Shown: positions 27,332-50,920, numbered from the whole stretch's first letter. The stretch: DNA of 63,244 bases, filler included, from Collodictyon triciliatum (GCA_043381765.1; 5 parts of 5 records of this genome joined end to end with filler, not necessarily neighbours in it), one strand, 5' to 3'. The notes: generated by a model not told the origin, from the letters alone. Numbers and translations are program-made.

Positions 27332-27433
27332 CCGTTCACATTCACACTAATATCCATATCCTTTTATTTTGGCCGTATTGAACCAGCAAAAGCTTCAACA
27401 GCCACACTGGCAAGCAACAGGCGGGTGCGTGCT

Positions 27434-28888
27434 TCACTTTGTGAACGGCTCAAGAAAGTGCTTTTCTCTAAACTCTGGGAGACAGTTAAGAAGCGGACAG
27501 AGCCTGACACCTCGGGTCCTGTAGTTATCGTGCAATTTCTGGAGAAGCTCGCCGTTTGTGATGCGCTTGTTCTTTTTCAATATCTACACCCAAACACATG
27601 CGCATCAAAAAGCAATGTTAGGGTATGAAAGGTCGTTGCAATAGCGCAGTATCAAGATGGAAAATAACATAGGTTACCAATCATTTGGTGGATTATTATT
27701 CTTATTATTTTATGTATTACAAAGCTGAACTTATCACGCACAGATAGAAGTGCACTGCTTAATACTCCGTGATATCGCTCGAATTCGCTTACATACAGAT
27801 CTAGAGAACGCTGGTCATCACAACAAGCGCTAAATAAAATTCCTCGATTTGGGCCAAGTGAAGCAGGTCTTTGGATTTGCATGCCCGAATCGTGTGTGAA
27901 TCTAAATGAATAATACAAAGTATGAACCATTAAAAAAATAATAATATCAGAGCCGGCCAATTTGATTCTTTTGAAAGTAGTTTTAATATTATGATTATTC
28001 CATAAAGAATTTTATCAGTGTGATTGGACTATAAAAACACAACTTACCTCTCCAGGAATTTTTCTCCATACTTAAAAATTAAATCTTTTCCTAACGACCT
28101 CTCCTTTGCATCATCTAAGACTTCCTGAGATAAAGAAAATAAATTGTGTTATTTGTGAAAAAAAAAAAAAAGGAACGAAAGGATAGACAAATAAATCGTT
28201 TGTATTTTAGAGAAGCATAAAAAAAAATAAATAATTAAGGACAATATCAAATCGGACATTGGGAGTTTGTGCTTCAGGTTCTGGAGGCAGTGGGTTGGAA
28301 GCCTTGTGATAAACATCAAGGTCCAACATCGTTCCACTACAGATGAATAAAATATTCACTAAACACAATAAAACCATGACATAATATCATGCAATGTGCA
28401 GTACCATTTGAGGATATTTAACAATAGAGAGAAAATGGAAAGAAAATGCAATTAAAGGGAAAATAAGGAGATAGAAAGACAGAATAGTACCTGTGGCAAC
28501 AATCAGCGATGAAAGTAAAATTTACAGACGAAGGGAGCAAAGATACCACATAGTGCAAGTCGTTGTCTCGGATGAGGTTAAAGTCAACACCAACAAGGCA
28601 CTTGACATATGGATGAGCACAATCAGGCAAGCAGAAAAAATGGTCTACAATAACGTATGGCAGTACATACAGTTTCTATATAAAATAACTTGCCTCATCC
28701 AGGCCATCAGCCTCTGAATCGGTTAGACATTCGACCTGAGAAATATATAGTATTATTGAAGTCTCTGGCTGGCTGAGCAAACAAAATTATACATGAAAGT
28801 GTATCTGATTTTGGTAGAACTATTCAATCATTGGATTGTTCCAAACACCATAGATTTTTTTTAAAACAACACCAACAACAAAAACAAC

Positions 28889-28921
<33 letters not shown>

Positions 28922-29357
28922 GATAATGATAATGATAATGATAANNNNNNNNNNNNNNNNNNNNNNNNNNNNNNNNNNNATAATAATAATAACCTGAACT
29001 CCGTGGCCAGAAAAGTGAAATAATACAACATCGCCAGGTTGCGCGGTGCTACACATCTCACACAATTCATTAAAGATGTTTCTTGCTGTAGGTTGGATAG
29101 GTCTTGCAATCAAAGAAAAAAATCAGTTTACATTTTTTTCCCTATTCGTCGTATTTACGGAATAACAATCATTATGTCAACGTAATGTATATTTGTTTAA
29201 CATACGATTCCCTCGTGTCCGTAACAACTCGTATATTCTTGAAACCATATTTATCTGAGAGCAGGCGATGTATACTTCTAGCATCATTGACAGCACCTCT
29301 AAGGTACGCTGATGTTGTTTTCGGATACGAAATTCCAACTATCAAAGCTTCATGCAT
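27434..29357 (-). CDS. Metacaspase (peptidase C14), multi-exon
   Basis: ALIVGISY...LRGAVNDA, PTARNI...AQPGDVVLFHFSGHG (catalytic His), IADCCH|SGTMLD (catalytic Cys), p10 GILFSACCDDQRS...GVLSSAL. Confidence 0.9.
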
Positions 29358-29809
29358 GTCAAGCAGTCAGCAATACAAAATGATAAGAGAAAATGTACAA
29401 TACGTCGATTGCTTCAACGAAATGATGTTATGCACCCACATTCAAACATGGCTATGCCAGTGAATCTAATTTCATGCAATTGGCATCAAGCAGGATATCT
29501 TCCTTTTTTTTATTTTTTAGTTTCCAAAAATCAATTTAATGATTATCACCTCTCTTTTCCGGTTTTCTTTTCACAGGCATGTGAATCACGATGGCATCCT
29601 TATCTATTTAATTTCGATATTAAATTTAAGTTGATTTCCAATTTTTATTTAATTGCAACTTGATCATTATGTTCATTTTCTTGTTGAAATGGGTAGATTA
29701 ATTACATATTGAAATACTTAGATTAGAGAGAGAGAGAGATGACTATCTTTTGATAAAACATCATAGTTGTATAGTTATTAGAAAAGAGGAGGGAAATAAA
29801 AATTCTAAC

Positions 29810-30385
29810 CTATGTCAATAACTTTATTATCCCTTTTTCCGTCTTCCACGCCACGATAGTCCTCTAAAAAGATGGATTCCTGAAAGAAAAATAAATTGCA
29901 TTCGGCTCGTTGATAATACAGAGTTAAGAACATACTAATTATGCTTTGAGATAAAATGGGTTAGAAATGTAAAATATATGTGAGCGCCATTGAAGATATA
30001 ATCATAATTAAAAGGAAAAATGGAAGAAAAGAGTTGGAGCCATCTGTAAAGGAGTACAATACATCTTCTGGCTCATTTTCAAGTTTTTGGAAGGCTTTCC
30101 TGTTTTCAGCAGCACAAAGGCCGAAGACGAGGCGACATATGCACCCGAACCAAACAATTATAAAGGATTTCACACGCATCCACAACCGTACAAAACAGGG
30201 CTTGTTGGGCTTTGCTTCTTTCTCTTCGTCGCTGAGCCCAAGAGATATGGAACTATTTCGAACCCTGTAGTCGGGATCCCCCATCCCACCTTGATTGATA
30301 TATGCAAAGTGATCAGGCGGCCGTATATATTCAAAGACGCCAACGAAGCAAATAACAAAGCCAATAATTATAAAAAGAATAACTT
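29810..30385 (-). CDS. 3' part of a hypothetical membrane protein, truncated by scaffold end
   Basis: Exon-like ORF beginning with a hydrophobic helix ILFIIIGFVICFVGVFEYI; no family recognised; ends approximate. Confidence 0.35.
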
Positions 30386-30433
30386 GATTGAATGAAAAAA
30401 AAAATGGCATGAAGATGACTGGGCAAAAAAAAA

Positions 30434-30465
<32 letters not shown>

Positions 30466-30516
30466 AAAAAAANNNNNNNNNNNNNNNNNNNNNNNNNNNN
30501 NNNNNNNNNNNNNNNN

Positions 30517-30528
30517 TTAATTAATTAA
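30517..30528. other. Artificial scaffold spacer TTAATTAATTAA
   Basis: Same N44-linker-N44 cassette. Confidence 0.95.
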
Positions 30529-31228
30529 NNNNNNNNNNNNNNNNNNNNNNNNNNNNNNNNNNNNNNNNNNNNTCAATTCTTCCAGCTGGTTCCACTAGAA
30601 AAGAAAAAGGGAGAAAAGAAAAAACAAAATGCAAAAAAAAAAAAAAAAAAAAAGAGGAAAAAGAAAAGAAGACGCAGCCCACGCAAAGTTGGATGCCGTG
30701 TGTATCCGATTATTCGGTGCGTGATGCAAATCCCAAAGCGCACCGCCCTTGGCTTATGGCGCAAACACACAGGTGGTTGGTGTTGTGTCGGTTGCGGTCC
30801 CCTGTTTCGCCGAAGGCATTGCGCGCTTCGCCTAAAGTTGTCCCTAATAGGGAATTCGAGGGTGCATCGCGTCCCCCTTTAAAAATTCAATTTCAAAACA
30901 AAAATTCAAAACAAACTAAAAAAAAATAAATAAATCTAAAAACAAACTAAAAAAGAAAAAAAAAGGCGGATTCCAGAGGGCCGCTCAGTTGTCGCTCTTG
31001 AGTTTCGCTTCCAAGCTCACAGAATCGCGTCTGTTGATACTATCGCACGTCCTTTAAACGAGACAATGAAACAAAAACAATAGTAGAATATAAACTAGTA
31101 AACCAAACCACATGTTTTAAGCATGGGTTATATTGAAAACAACAACGATACATGCCTCATCATATTTCTATAATAATCGTCCGTTTCGTACAGGAGATAT
31201 TATACTGTGCTGAGAGCTCTACACACTC

Positions 31229-41047
<9,819 letters not shown>

Positions 41048-41063
41048 CAACACGGACGAAATG

Positions 41064-41111
<48 letters not shown>

Positions 41112-42017
41112 AGCGCGACAAATATTATTGAGACATCCTCTTCTGCATATTGTATTCCCTCTATTTTTCCTATTTTTTTTTTTTTTGTCCAAATGATTTA
41201 AAAAAAAAAAAGGTAGTATCTGCATAGAAACTGTGAGTTTGCCACAAGCTTGCTCCTGAATAAACATATAATTATATGAACAAAGTAGCAAATAAGCAAG
41301 CAAAAGATAAGTTTAATGGCTGTCATGTTTTCCTCGAGTTTTCAAGAGAAAAAGAGTAAGGTGAAGACGCAATCTTTGGGCACCATTAGCAGTGTCGTAA
41401 AGAATAATGTCTTGTTATTCGCTCGAAAAGTATATCAGTCGAGCAACCTAATCACAACAGAATATCTTTGTAATCAAATTTTATTTATTAATTTATTTTT
41501 GTTTGCAATTTACGAATCAACAGGCAATACGTATTCTTTTTTTCTTAAAGAAAATGAAAATATTTTTCTCGCATTTTTTTTTATTATTACCAGTACAGAT
41601 ACTGATGATACCTCTAGAGAGAGAGAGAGGAAGAAAGAACACACAAGGCGATAAAACAGAAAATTACAAGTGACACCAATATCCCTTGAAGAAAAGAATT
41701 CGAGTGTGCAAGGATGAACCATCACAACACAAAGAAAGGAAAGGAACTACTCTCCTCCAATCAGGATGCAAAACAACACAAGTTACATAATCATAATCAT
41801 ATTCATACGAAAATACGACGAATAGGAATCCATCCAGGCGCTATATTCACAAGAGAAGAGACAGTTCTGTTCTGCCCCGGCAGCCTGTGCGCCATGCGAA
41901 GATACACAAAGGACAGACACAGACGAAGCAGAAGAACCCTCCATTGAAACACCCGACCGGCAACAAACACAAACACAAACACAAAACAGCAGCACGACAG
42001 AATCACGCAGACGCAAA

Positions 42018-45000
42018 CTACGACCCGGCAGGATGCATCGCCATCTCGGGACTGACTTCACAACTCCCGCCATCGCTGTGGGCAGACTTTTCTCGGGCGG
42101 CGTTTGGAGAGCGGGGATTCGGAGATGCAGAGCGAGAAAGTGGGGAGGCTGAGTCATCTGCGTTATCGTCCGGCGTGAGAAGTCTGCGACTGGCACTGGC
42201 GAGTCTGGATGCCGCCAATGTGCGGGGCGCCTTTGCAGATGTGTTTTCAGGCAAGGACAGCGGATGCAGGGAGAAGTCGCGCCTGGGGAAGTCACCGCGC
42301 AGCCGCTCGTAGCGCTCCATCTTTGTGCGGATCTCCCGGTCCCTTTGCGCCATGTGCGACTGGATCTCCACCATCCGCTTGCGGTCGGCCTCGCGTTGGG
42401 CGTGAACAAGCTGGATGTCGTGCTGGACAGCGGCAATCTGGTCCAACAGGCTCTGCTCCGCGGCCAGCCGCTGCTCCATCGCGTCCTTGTTGCGGTCGAT
42501 GCGCGTGCGCAGCTCCACAATGACGCCGGACAGGTGCTGTGCCAGCGAGTCCTTCTCCTGCGCCAGCTCCGCCACTTCTTGCTCTGCTCGCTCGGCCCGC
42601 TTTTCATGCAGCCGCAGCTCGCGCGCCTGTGCCACGGCCTCCTGCCATGTTCTGCTCAGGCTGCGGCTCAGGTCCGCCTTCTCGGCCGCCACTCGTTGAA
42701 GCTCCACCGTGGCCACCTCGATTTCTCGCTGGCTGCGGTCTGCTGCCTCCGTCGTTTTTTGTAGTTTCTCGTTGTAGATGGCCAATTGCCGCATCACCCG
42801 TGTAATCTGAGTCTAAAAGTGCGGTCTCGAGGTTTTCAGACTTTTTTCTTTTTCTTTTTCTACATCGAATTATTATGATTATGCTTGTGATTTTTGTTGG
42901 GGAAGTTTCTACCCGATAGTGATCCAGCTCTTTCATAAGCTCGACCGATACGCTGGCTTTCGTGCGGCCGCTCGGAGGTTGGTTCAGGTACTGTTGCGAG
43001 GTGGGTTGGACGAAAGGAGAAAACGAGTAAGAAAATGGATTAGATGAGAGTATCTACTAGCTTTTAGGAAAAAGTAGCCGGTAAGATTTTTTTTATCCAA
43101 GGAATAATTGGTCCTATATATATAGTGTGCTCCTTTTTATAAATTCACTTTTATCTTGGATTAACAATGTAATAAATGTGTACCTGTGGATACCCGGTTA
43201 ATCTTTCATCACTCTCATTTGAGGAAAAAGGAGACTCTCTAAATATCAAATAGGAACCAAAGATTAATTAACAAATTGGCGGTAAGTCAAGAAATAATGT
43301 GTGTATATATATACATATATATATATATATATTCCCATGCATTACTTTTGGTAGCCATTCACTTGCTGGTATAATAAAGGTATGACCACAAATGATGCCC
43401 CATTTTTCTTCGGGTTTCAAATGATTCACATATTCATGTGTAAGTCTTTCATTTCCGTAAAAGTAATCCTTAAAAGAATCCATATATGATTTGTTTAATG
43501 AATCAGTACATGTCAGAGTCTTGTGTGGGCGAATTGGAGTCAAGGGCACTCATTCTAGTTTTCCACGGAATGCTGACTCGTATTTGTGCACTGGGCATTT
43601 TATCGTTCGGGATGCAGACCTGAAGCAGCGAAGAGCCTGGTCTGACTTCCGGCTGGTAGATATTTCAAGTATACAATAAGTTAAAAACACAAGACAATTA
43701 TGTCGCACCATTGCTATTATTATTTATCATAATGAACATTCACAAGTTTAAGCAAATATATTGTTTTTTAATTCGAAGCGAGAAGTTACTGTTGAACCAA
43801 TTATCGTATGGTCCAAGCGAAGAATGCTGAGTAGACATAACTAAACAACAAAGATATTAAGTGATATACTCTCCTTTTTTTTCTTTTTGTGTTTTATGGT
43901 TTAGAATTAAAATGCAGAAAGTTTTCCAAACTTGATTTATAAGGAAAAAAACATAAAATAGGATGCAAAATTACCTTGTCGGAAGGAATCATGATGAATT
44001 CTGCGATGAAATATGCAACACTCTAATGTGATAAAATGTTTAGTGCTAATGTAGATATATATATATATATATACAGACACATACAATATGATTGGATTGT
44101 TAATAAAAGTTTTAATATATTGTAATATATACGCAGATAGGTTTTTTATATATCTCCACTTACAATATGATATGCTTTTTCGAGATAATCAAGAAGACAC
44201 ATTGTTTCGCGTTTAATTTGTGATACAAGCGATGCTACGTCATGAATATTACAGTGGGTTGTAAACCAAATATGAACTGATTACTCGCAAGAATTTCACA
44301 CAAAACACGCCATAGTTTTCTTACCTGAAAGCTTGGGAGACATGATTTGTTCAGAGCCAATCTGGGCATCTTGAGGAGATCTAGTGTTTGCATTTAGGAA
44401 GAATAAGTAAAACGACACATCTCTGCGAGAAATCAAAATCATATTCAAAGGGGAGATCAAGTAGACAGCTCAATCACAGAAGAAGAAGGAGAAAAAAAAG
44501 GAGAGACCATGTGGAAAAGACATGTGATTATCTTAGGTACTTCTGGTGCACTCTGCAGCAAACAATATTGCATCTTAGCTGCCGATGAGAATCTATGAAG
44601 AAGGATACTGTGTACCTTGCGTGAAAAGTTGAAATGTTACTTTATATTCCTATTCGGAACGTGATTCAGGAAAAAGAAACCAGTTTCACTATCTAGGTTT
44701 GTGTGTGTTATTAAATATTTATACATCAAAGTCGTACTTATAGTCCGAAAGGGGACGCACATATGCCTGCAAGAATCGTGGTACATCAACAATGCTGCCT
44801 GCTTTGCTGTCTTCCTCAACACCTTTTAGTTTATCGCAAAGGTCGAAAAAATCATCTCCTCGTAAAAACTTTGACTCAAAACCTGCGTGCACGTGGATGT
44901 TACTTTATGAAAATGAGCTTGCATATAGGTGTCGCACGTTGATATGAATTATATCATGATATGCCAAACTCTGCATAAATTCAGCTTGGCGAAGATAAGG

Positions 45001-45754
45001 CACCTGAGCGTGTGACACAAACAATGCGCTCGATGTTGGTCACGTCTTTAACGGATTCGTCAACAAGGGATTGTTGAACTGCTGGAATGGTCGATTTGAA
45101 GGCTGACTTGCGGAGCAGCAAACCATCCTACATATCCAGCATATTACAATACCATACCCTCATAGTTTTTGTCCTTACATTTACTTATATTATGTCGATT
45201 TTCCAATAAGAGGTGAGAGAAACATAAAATATGTCTTTAGAGAGAAGGAGACATAATTAAAATACAAATATGAATACGAACCTTCGATGTGAATAGCCAT
45301 ATGAGCACACGTCCACGTTTATCTAGTAAAACCGTCTGAGGGATGTGCACAGAGCATTTTTGATTTGTTCCCTGTTTTCATGCATATAATATAATGCAAT
45401 GTTATATAAAAATATAATACAAAGAGATAATAAAATAAAATATAGTATGTCATTTCAGGAGTATCCAATAAAAACAATAGGCATCTGAGAATATAAACCA
45501 ACCGTCCACAAAAGAGCTATCAGCGCTGGGTCATATGTGTCAGACTGCACCGCACCAGAGAAGCGATCGTGAGCACTCTTTGTTGCAGGCGAAGTTCGCG
45601 CGGAGACCGTTCTTGTGTGGCGTGGGCTGTGCAGAACGGCGGTCGAAGTTGTTGAAGGAGGACGTGCTTTCGCAGGAGATGACGGAAGACTCATCACTGA
45701 CACTTTCGACAGAGCGGCGAGTTCAGAACCGAAGACAACAGAGGCTGACATGCA
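42018..45754 (-). CDS. Hypothetical multi-exon protein with a C-terminal coiled coil
   Basis: In-frame spliced exons (...ELMKELDHYR|ITRVMRQLAIYNEKL...); the last exon encodes a long heptad-rich E/Q/R/A helix; start codon tentative. Confidence 0.55.
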
Positions 45755-46037
45755 TAAGGCAAATAACGTGTAAATGAAGCCACGAACGCGCAAATATGTA
45801 CAAGAGGGACGAAAAGTAGAGGAAATATCCAGTGATCGTGAGATGAAAGCTGTTTTTTTTTTGACAGGTGTTTTCTTGAAAGATTTCTATCCCGTGATTT
45901 TTGGGTCTTTTCTGTAATCGCTTCTGCGCTTCGGTTTCCTTTGTCATATCTCTGTATTTTTATTGTATGTCCTCAAGAGCGACTGTCGGTTTGGTGGTGG
46001 TCGGTCTTCTGAAGGCCGCGCATCTTCGTCTCTGCAT

Positions 46038-46370
46038 GTGAGTGAGAGTGAGAGTGAGTGAGTGAGTGAGTGAGTGAGTGAGTGAGTGAGTGAGTGAGTG
46101 AGTGAGTGAGTGAGTGAGTGAGTGAGTGAGTGAGTGAGNNNNNNNNNNNNNNNNNNNNNNNNNNNNNNNNNNNNNNNNNNNNTTAATTAATTAANNNNNN
46201 NNNNNNNNNNNNNNNNNNNNNNNNNNNNNNNNNNNNNNGAGTGAGTGAGTGAGTGAGTGAGTGAGTGAGTGAGTGAGTGAGTGAGTGAGTGAGTGAGTGA
46301 GTGAGTGAGTGAGTGAGTGAGTGAGAGAGAGAGAGAGAGTGAGAGAGTGAGAGTGAGAGTGAGAGAGAAA
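46038..46370. repeat. (GAGT)n/(GA)n microsatellite on both sides of a scaffold spacer (linker at 46183-46194)
   Basis: Seen directly. Confidence 0.9.
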
Positions 46371-46920
46371 GAAAGAAAGAATAAAGAAAAGGTACGACTT
46401 TGTCACAGAGTGGCGATCATTCCCTATGAAGGAAGGAAGGAAAGAAGAAGAAAAGGAATACAACCCAGCGTACAAATAGAGTGGAAGGGGAGAAAAAAGA
46501 GGCTGTGCGGGAAACCCGTCATGCAAGCCGAACCCACACGTCCCACTCCAACACACCAGCCACCGCCCATGACAGATCACAACCCCCCGAGAGGCCGGCT
46601 GCAAAAGGGTACCCGATTGAAAGGACGACATAGAGAAAAAGCAGATCTAATCTCAGATGTCAACTCCACATATGGCACCGCACTCTCATCCGACTTGAGG
46701 GTGAATTGCTCTCGGTTCCAAGCCCCTTGCAGCTGCGTAGGGGAGAATAACGCATGCAGAAAGCGGGCAGAAAGCGGCGGGACGAAAGCGGGAAGAAAGC
46801 GGGAAGAAAGCGGGAAGAAAGCGGGAAGAAAGCGGGCGGAATGCAGGGGGAGATTAAAGCAGAGGGTTTATTGTGGGGAGGGTGGAGCATGCCGGGGCAC
46901 GTGTGAGGCGCGTGGGCCGC

Positions 46921-47673
46921 TTAGCACTTGACCTCCTTGAGGCCGTCCCTCCAGAAGAAGAAGAAGGGGTTTGGGTTCTCGCCCTCATAGAACTGGAGGG
47001 CGACGTGGGCCTCAGCGTCGAAGGACTCGCCGAGGTAGAAGGAGAAGTCGTCAAAGTTTGCAAGGATGTGCTTGACGGCATCGGTGGCGTCCTTCTTGAA
47101 CTGGTCGACGCGGGCGGGCTTCTCCTTGGCCAGGTGGTCGGCGACGCGCTTGATGTAGGCCTTGATGTAGCCCATGAAGGACTTCTTGTCGAAGCTGGTG
47201 GACTGCAGGCGGCCCGAGTACTCGACGTTGTTGACCTTCTGCGCAGAGTCCTCCACGCCTTCCTCGGCCTCCTCGGTCGAGGCGTTGGCTCCCGTGTTGA
47301 CCTCGACGGCTCCGATCGTGATCACCTGCGCAAAGGCGGTTGGGATGGGGGCAAAGGCGGTTGGGATGGGGGCAAAGGTTGGGATGGGGGCAAAGGCAAT
47401 TGGGTTGTAGGCAAGGGCGGGTAAAGGCCCAGGGCGTGAGGCTGTGTTCCTTGTTTAGGGGCGCAGTGGGGATTCGAAGGATCGTGGGCGAGGGCGCGTA
47501 CCTTGGATTCGACCTTCATGAGGACGCCGTTGAAGGCCTCGGTGATGGGGAAGGCGTCGGAGACAAGCTCGTCATCTGCGCGCAGGTGTCAGGGGAGAGG
47601 GGATTAGTCGTCGGGCTAGGCGGTCTGCGGGGTGGGGGCACTCACTGGAGAAGACATCGGTGTAGAGCAGCAT
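46921..47673 (-). CDS. TCTP: Translationally controlled tumour protein (TCTP); exons 47673-47646, 47575-47502, 47325-46921
   Basis: MLLYTDVFSNDELVSDAFPI...GANASTEEAEEGVED...FDKKSFMGYIKAYIK...FYLGES...FFFWRDGLKEVKC; canonical GT-AG introns. Confidence 0.96.
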
Positions 47674-48249
47674 GGCGCAGGCGTGTTGGACGGTGGTTGG
47701 ATCGCACACGGGTGGGGTGGGGTGGGGCTCGGCAGGGCAATCGCGTCGATACCGGTGTGGGTTTGGGGCGAAACGCAACTGCCCGTCTCCGCTATAAGGG
47801 CCAGCCTGGCCGCCTGCCTCGTCTTCTGCGGCCGCTATGTGTGGCTCGAGCGGCGCTTGTATTTATGCCTCCACAATCCACAACCAAACCATGGATTGAG
47901 AGCCCCTCGGTACTGCAGAATTATGCTTGTGGGTCCTTCGCCATCTTTGGCCGAGTTGTCAATTTCTTCTGCACAGGCTCTTTGGAACTTTGGTAGCGTT
48001 GACCACAGGTTGATTCACGGAATCTTTGATCGTGTGGCTGGAAAACGGCGTGTGTATATTACGTATGCATGTATATAAATTATCTTACATAATATATATT
48101 GACAAAATATAATGAATTTATTATAGATAAAATAATTTCCACATTTGAAAAACTGATACTTTTCTGTCGAATAATTTTGGTCGAAAAATCATTCTCCAAC
48201 GGTTTGGTGAGTACAGCACTTCGAAAATACTCGATAATGAATTTGTGTC

Positions 48250-49294
48250 CAGGAATCAACTCCCGGCTAGCACAAGAGACCAGCATATCACCCATCACTG
48301 ACAAACTCATCCAAAGAGCAGATTGGCTTCATGAATGAAAGGAACATCGACACAGACATCTGGATTGTCAAAAACAAGGAGTACATGGAATATCAAGTAA
48401 GCGGGACACCCCGCACTACGATTTTCTACGACCTGGAGAAAGCATACGACTATGTGAACCACAAAGCACTGGAAACCATCCCACACAAAAGACGCTTCTG
48501 CACCGGACTCTCTGGCCTTATCAAGAAGCTGCACGACAATGCGACAGCGAGGGTACTCACGGCACACGGACCTACGGATGCAATTCAAAGACAGAGCGGG
48601 GTGTATCAAGGCTGCCCACTTGCACCACTGCTCTTCAACTTCGTCTCTGACTGCCTTGCAAACCACTTCCGAAACGAAAACAAGGTGCGCAACCAACTGC
48701 TACTCCAATATGCAGACGACACAGCATTCATCTTGCGGTCTCCCGTAGGCGCCACACTCGCCAACAAATACATGCAAGAATACACACGAGCTGTCGGTGG
48801 GAAAATCAACTATGACAAGACAGACGGAATTCTTTTTGGGTTTCAGGATGGACTTATGTTTCCAGGGAGCATTGTGTGGAAGTCACCGTCACATCCACTC
48901 AAGTATCTTGGTATCATATTCGGTCCACAATCGGATAGCAAATGGACAACCCCGGTTGAGGACATCAAGTTGAAAATATCAATGTGAAGCAACTTTCATC
49001 GCTCGGACGTGGGGAAAGTAAGGTTGTGGAACCAAGTGAAGTTCTTCAAGCAATAAAATTTCTTTAACAGCTTGCCGATTCATATCCGCTCTGTTCAGTA
49101 CTCTTACAAAAAGCCAATAGAACTTTCGACAATATTACAGGATACACACCATCACATGCCCAGCCTTGGCCATCCACACAACATATCGACCAGCTGCGCT
49201 TCCTGTCTATTAGACTCGGTGTCATCATGATGGCTGGCAAATCACAGCCAAAACCTCCATCATCTTGCACAAATTAAAAGGAACAATAAAAAAA
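48250..49294 (+). mobile_element. 5'-truncated, decayed non-LTR (L1/Tx1-like) retrotransposon reverse transcriptase
   Basis: EQIGFMNERNI, FYDLEKAYDYVNH, GVYQGCPLAPLLFN, QYADD, GGKINYDKT, KYLGI; in-frame TGA at 48985 where Trp is expected, followed by SDVGKVRLWN; possible A-tail near 49286-49294. Confidence 0.85.
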
Positions 49295-49732
49295 CTCCGC
49301 ATCACCAAAATCTTTCTATTGGTGATACTTTTTGCTAGCCTTTTTTTTTGACCTTGCCCGCAGCCATGTCAAGTTTGCCTGACTTATGTGTGATTCACAT
49401 CTTCTTGATTTTTGGTCCCGAATGGATTTTTTTTTTATCGCTGAAGGTGTTTTTGATGATTTACAATTTTTTTGGAGCAAAAGATTACCCTATATTTCTT
49501 ATGTAACACTCAACAGAATTCATTTTAAATATGTACACGTATGCGCGCATCCATTCATCCATCCATCCATGTTCTTTTATGAATTTTATTCCATTCGGAG
49601 GAGTGGCACAAGAAAAGAGCCAATCAAATGATATTTATTTATTCTATATATATAGAATAAATAAATATCAGTTTATTTCATCCTCAATTGTTTTCTGCGT
49701 TTTTTTACATATTATTATATCTAATTCAATAT

Positions 49733-50920
49733 ATGGATGACGAAATGGATATATTGAACAAGTATTACAATGCACCCAAGCACACCAATTCAGTTGCCGG
49801 ACTCTGGGCGCTCGTAAAAGAATTTGGAATAAAAAAAAAGACTGTCGAGGAATTTCTCAAACAACAGCCCGACTACCAAACTCTGCAAGCAAGAAAGTCA
49901 GAACGCAAACAAGCAACCATGATGCGATTCAAACCAGGGTACATTCAAATAGACACAATTGATGTCGACGGCCTGGAGTCAGAAGACGCAAAATATATCC
50001 TGACTTGTGTTGATGTATTCACGCGAAAGCTGTGGGCCTATCCACTGCTGGCAAATTCCAGCAAAGAAGTTTCAAAGCAATTAGAAAAGTTTATCAAGGA
50101 ATATAAACTAATCACAACCATTCAATCAGACAATGGAAAAGAATTTCAGGGTGAGGTCCCCAAACTTTTAGAAAGTAATAATATCAAGAGTGTGAAAAGT
50201 TCTCCAGGTAATCCAACAACCAACGCCTTTGTCGAAAGAGCCAATGGCACAATCAAGCGCGCACTCTACGGCTATCTGCAAAAGACTGGCAATGACCCAA
50301 TCCCCCATCTCAGAGAATTCACAGACTCTATTAATCTTGTCAAGAATGCAACAACAAATGTTGTGCCTGATGTTGCGGTTCTGCCAAAGTACCAGGAGCA
50401 AATTATCGAGAACCAAAAAAAATATGCAGGCAAAAAGAATCAGAATGCCGGCATGGACAAACCATTCCAACCTGGAGACAAAGTCAGAATACTTCTCGAG
50501 AAGACTGACCTGCCTGTGAATGTAAAACAAAAACTGAAAACTTCAAAGGGGTACTTGCCCCGTTGGAGTAATGAAATATATACAGTCATCAAAGAAAGCA
50601 AACCAACCAGCGAGTGGGCTGTGCCCTATGTCAAAGTCGAATCAACCAATGCCAAGATTGCCAAAACTAATTTCAAGCGCTCTGACTTGCTTCTGATCGA
50701 CGACACAGTCACCAAAGGCAAAACACATAAACCCAAAAAACAACTCGTCAAAGAATTTGCAGAGGAAGACGACTTGAATGAATTTTTAAAAGAAGCACAG
50801 CCTCGAAAAATGAAAGGGGCCTCTGGGTTAGAGGAAAAAGATTTATTCGTCTCTAAGGAGAAGATCGAAAGCCAGAAAAACGCTAGGGCGGCCAGATATG
50901 AGAAGAGACAAAAGAATTAA
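49733..50920 (+). CDS. Retroviral-type (rve, DDE) integrase of Polinton/Maverick type
   Basis: N-terminal ILNKYYNAP...VEEFLKQQPDYQ; catalytic QIDTID, YILTCVDVFTRK, IQSDNGKEF, NAFVERANGTIK; C-terminal FQPGDKVRI...KGYLPRWSNEIYTV. Confidence 0.93.
   Translation: MDDEMDILNKYYNAPKHTNSVAGLWALVKEFGIKKKTVEEFLKQQPDYQTLQARKSERKQATMMRFKPGYIQIDTIDVDGLESEDAKYILTCVDVFTRKLWAYPLLANSSKEVSKQLEKFIKEYKLITTIQSDNGKEFQGEVPKLLESNNIKSVKSSPGNPTTNAFVERANGTIKRALYGYLQKTGNDPIPHLREFTDSINLVKNATTNVVPDVAVLPKYQEQIIENQKKYAGKKNQNAGMDKPFQPGDKVRILLEKTDLPVNVKQKLKTSKGYLPRWSNEIYTVIKESKPTSEWAVPYVKVESTNAKIAKTNFKRSDLLLIDDTVTKGKTHKPKKQLVKEFAEEDDLNEFLKEAQPRKMKGASGLEEKDLFVSKEKIESQKNARAARYEKRQKN

Noticed and set aside
46873-48078. Plus-strand ORFs over TCTP and antisense ORFs over the aminotransferase and coiled-coil exon
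   Set aside because: Shadow ORFs caused by GC-rich codon usage on the opposite strand.
48331-48987. RT as a retron, DGR or group II intron enzyme
   Set aside because: Motifs (DLEKAYD, QGCPLAPLLF, KINYDKT, KYLGI) fit non-LTR retrotransposons; no template/variable repeat pair or msr-msd seen.
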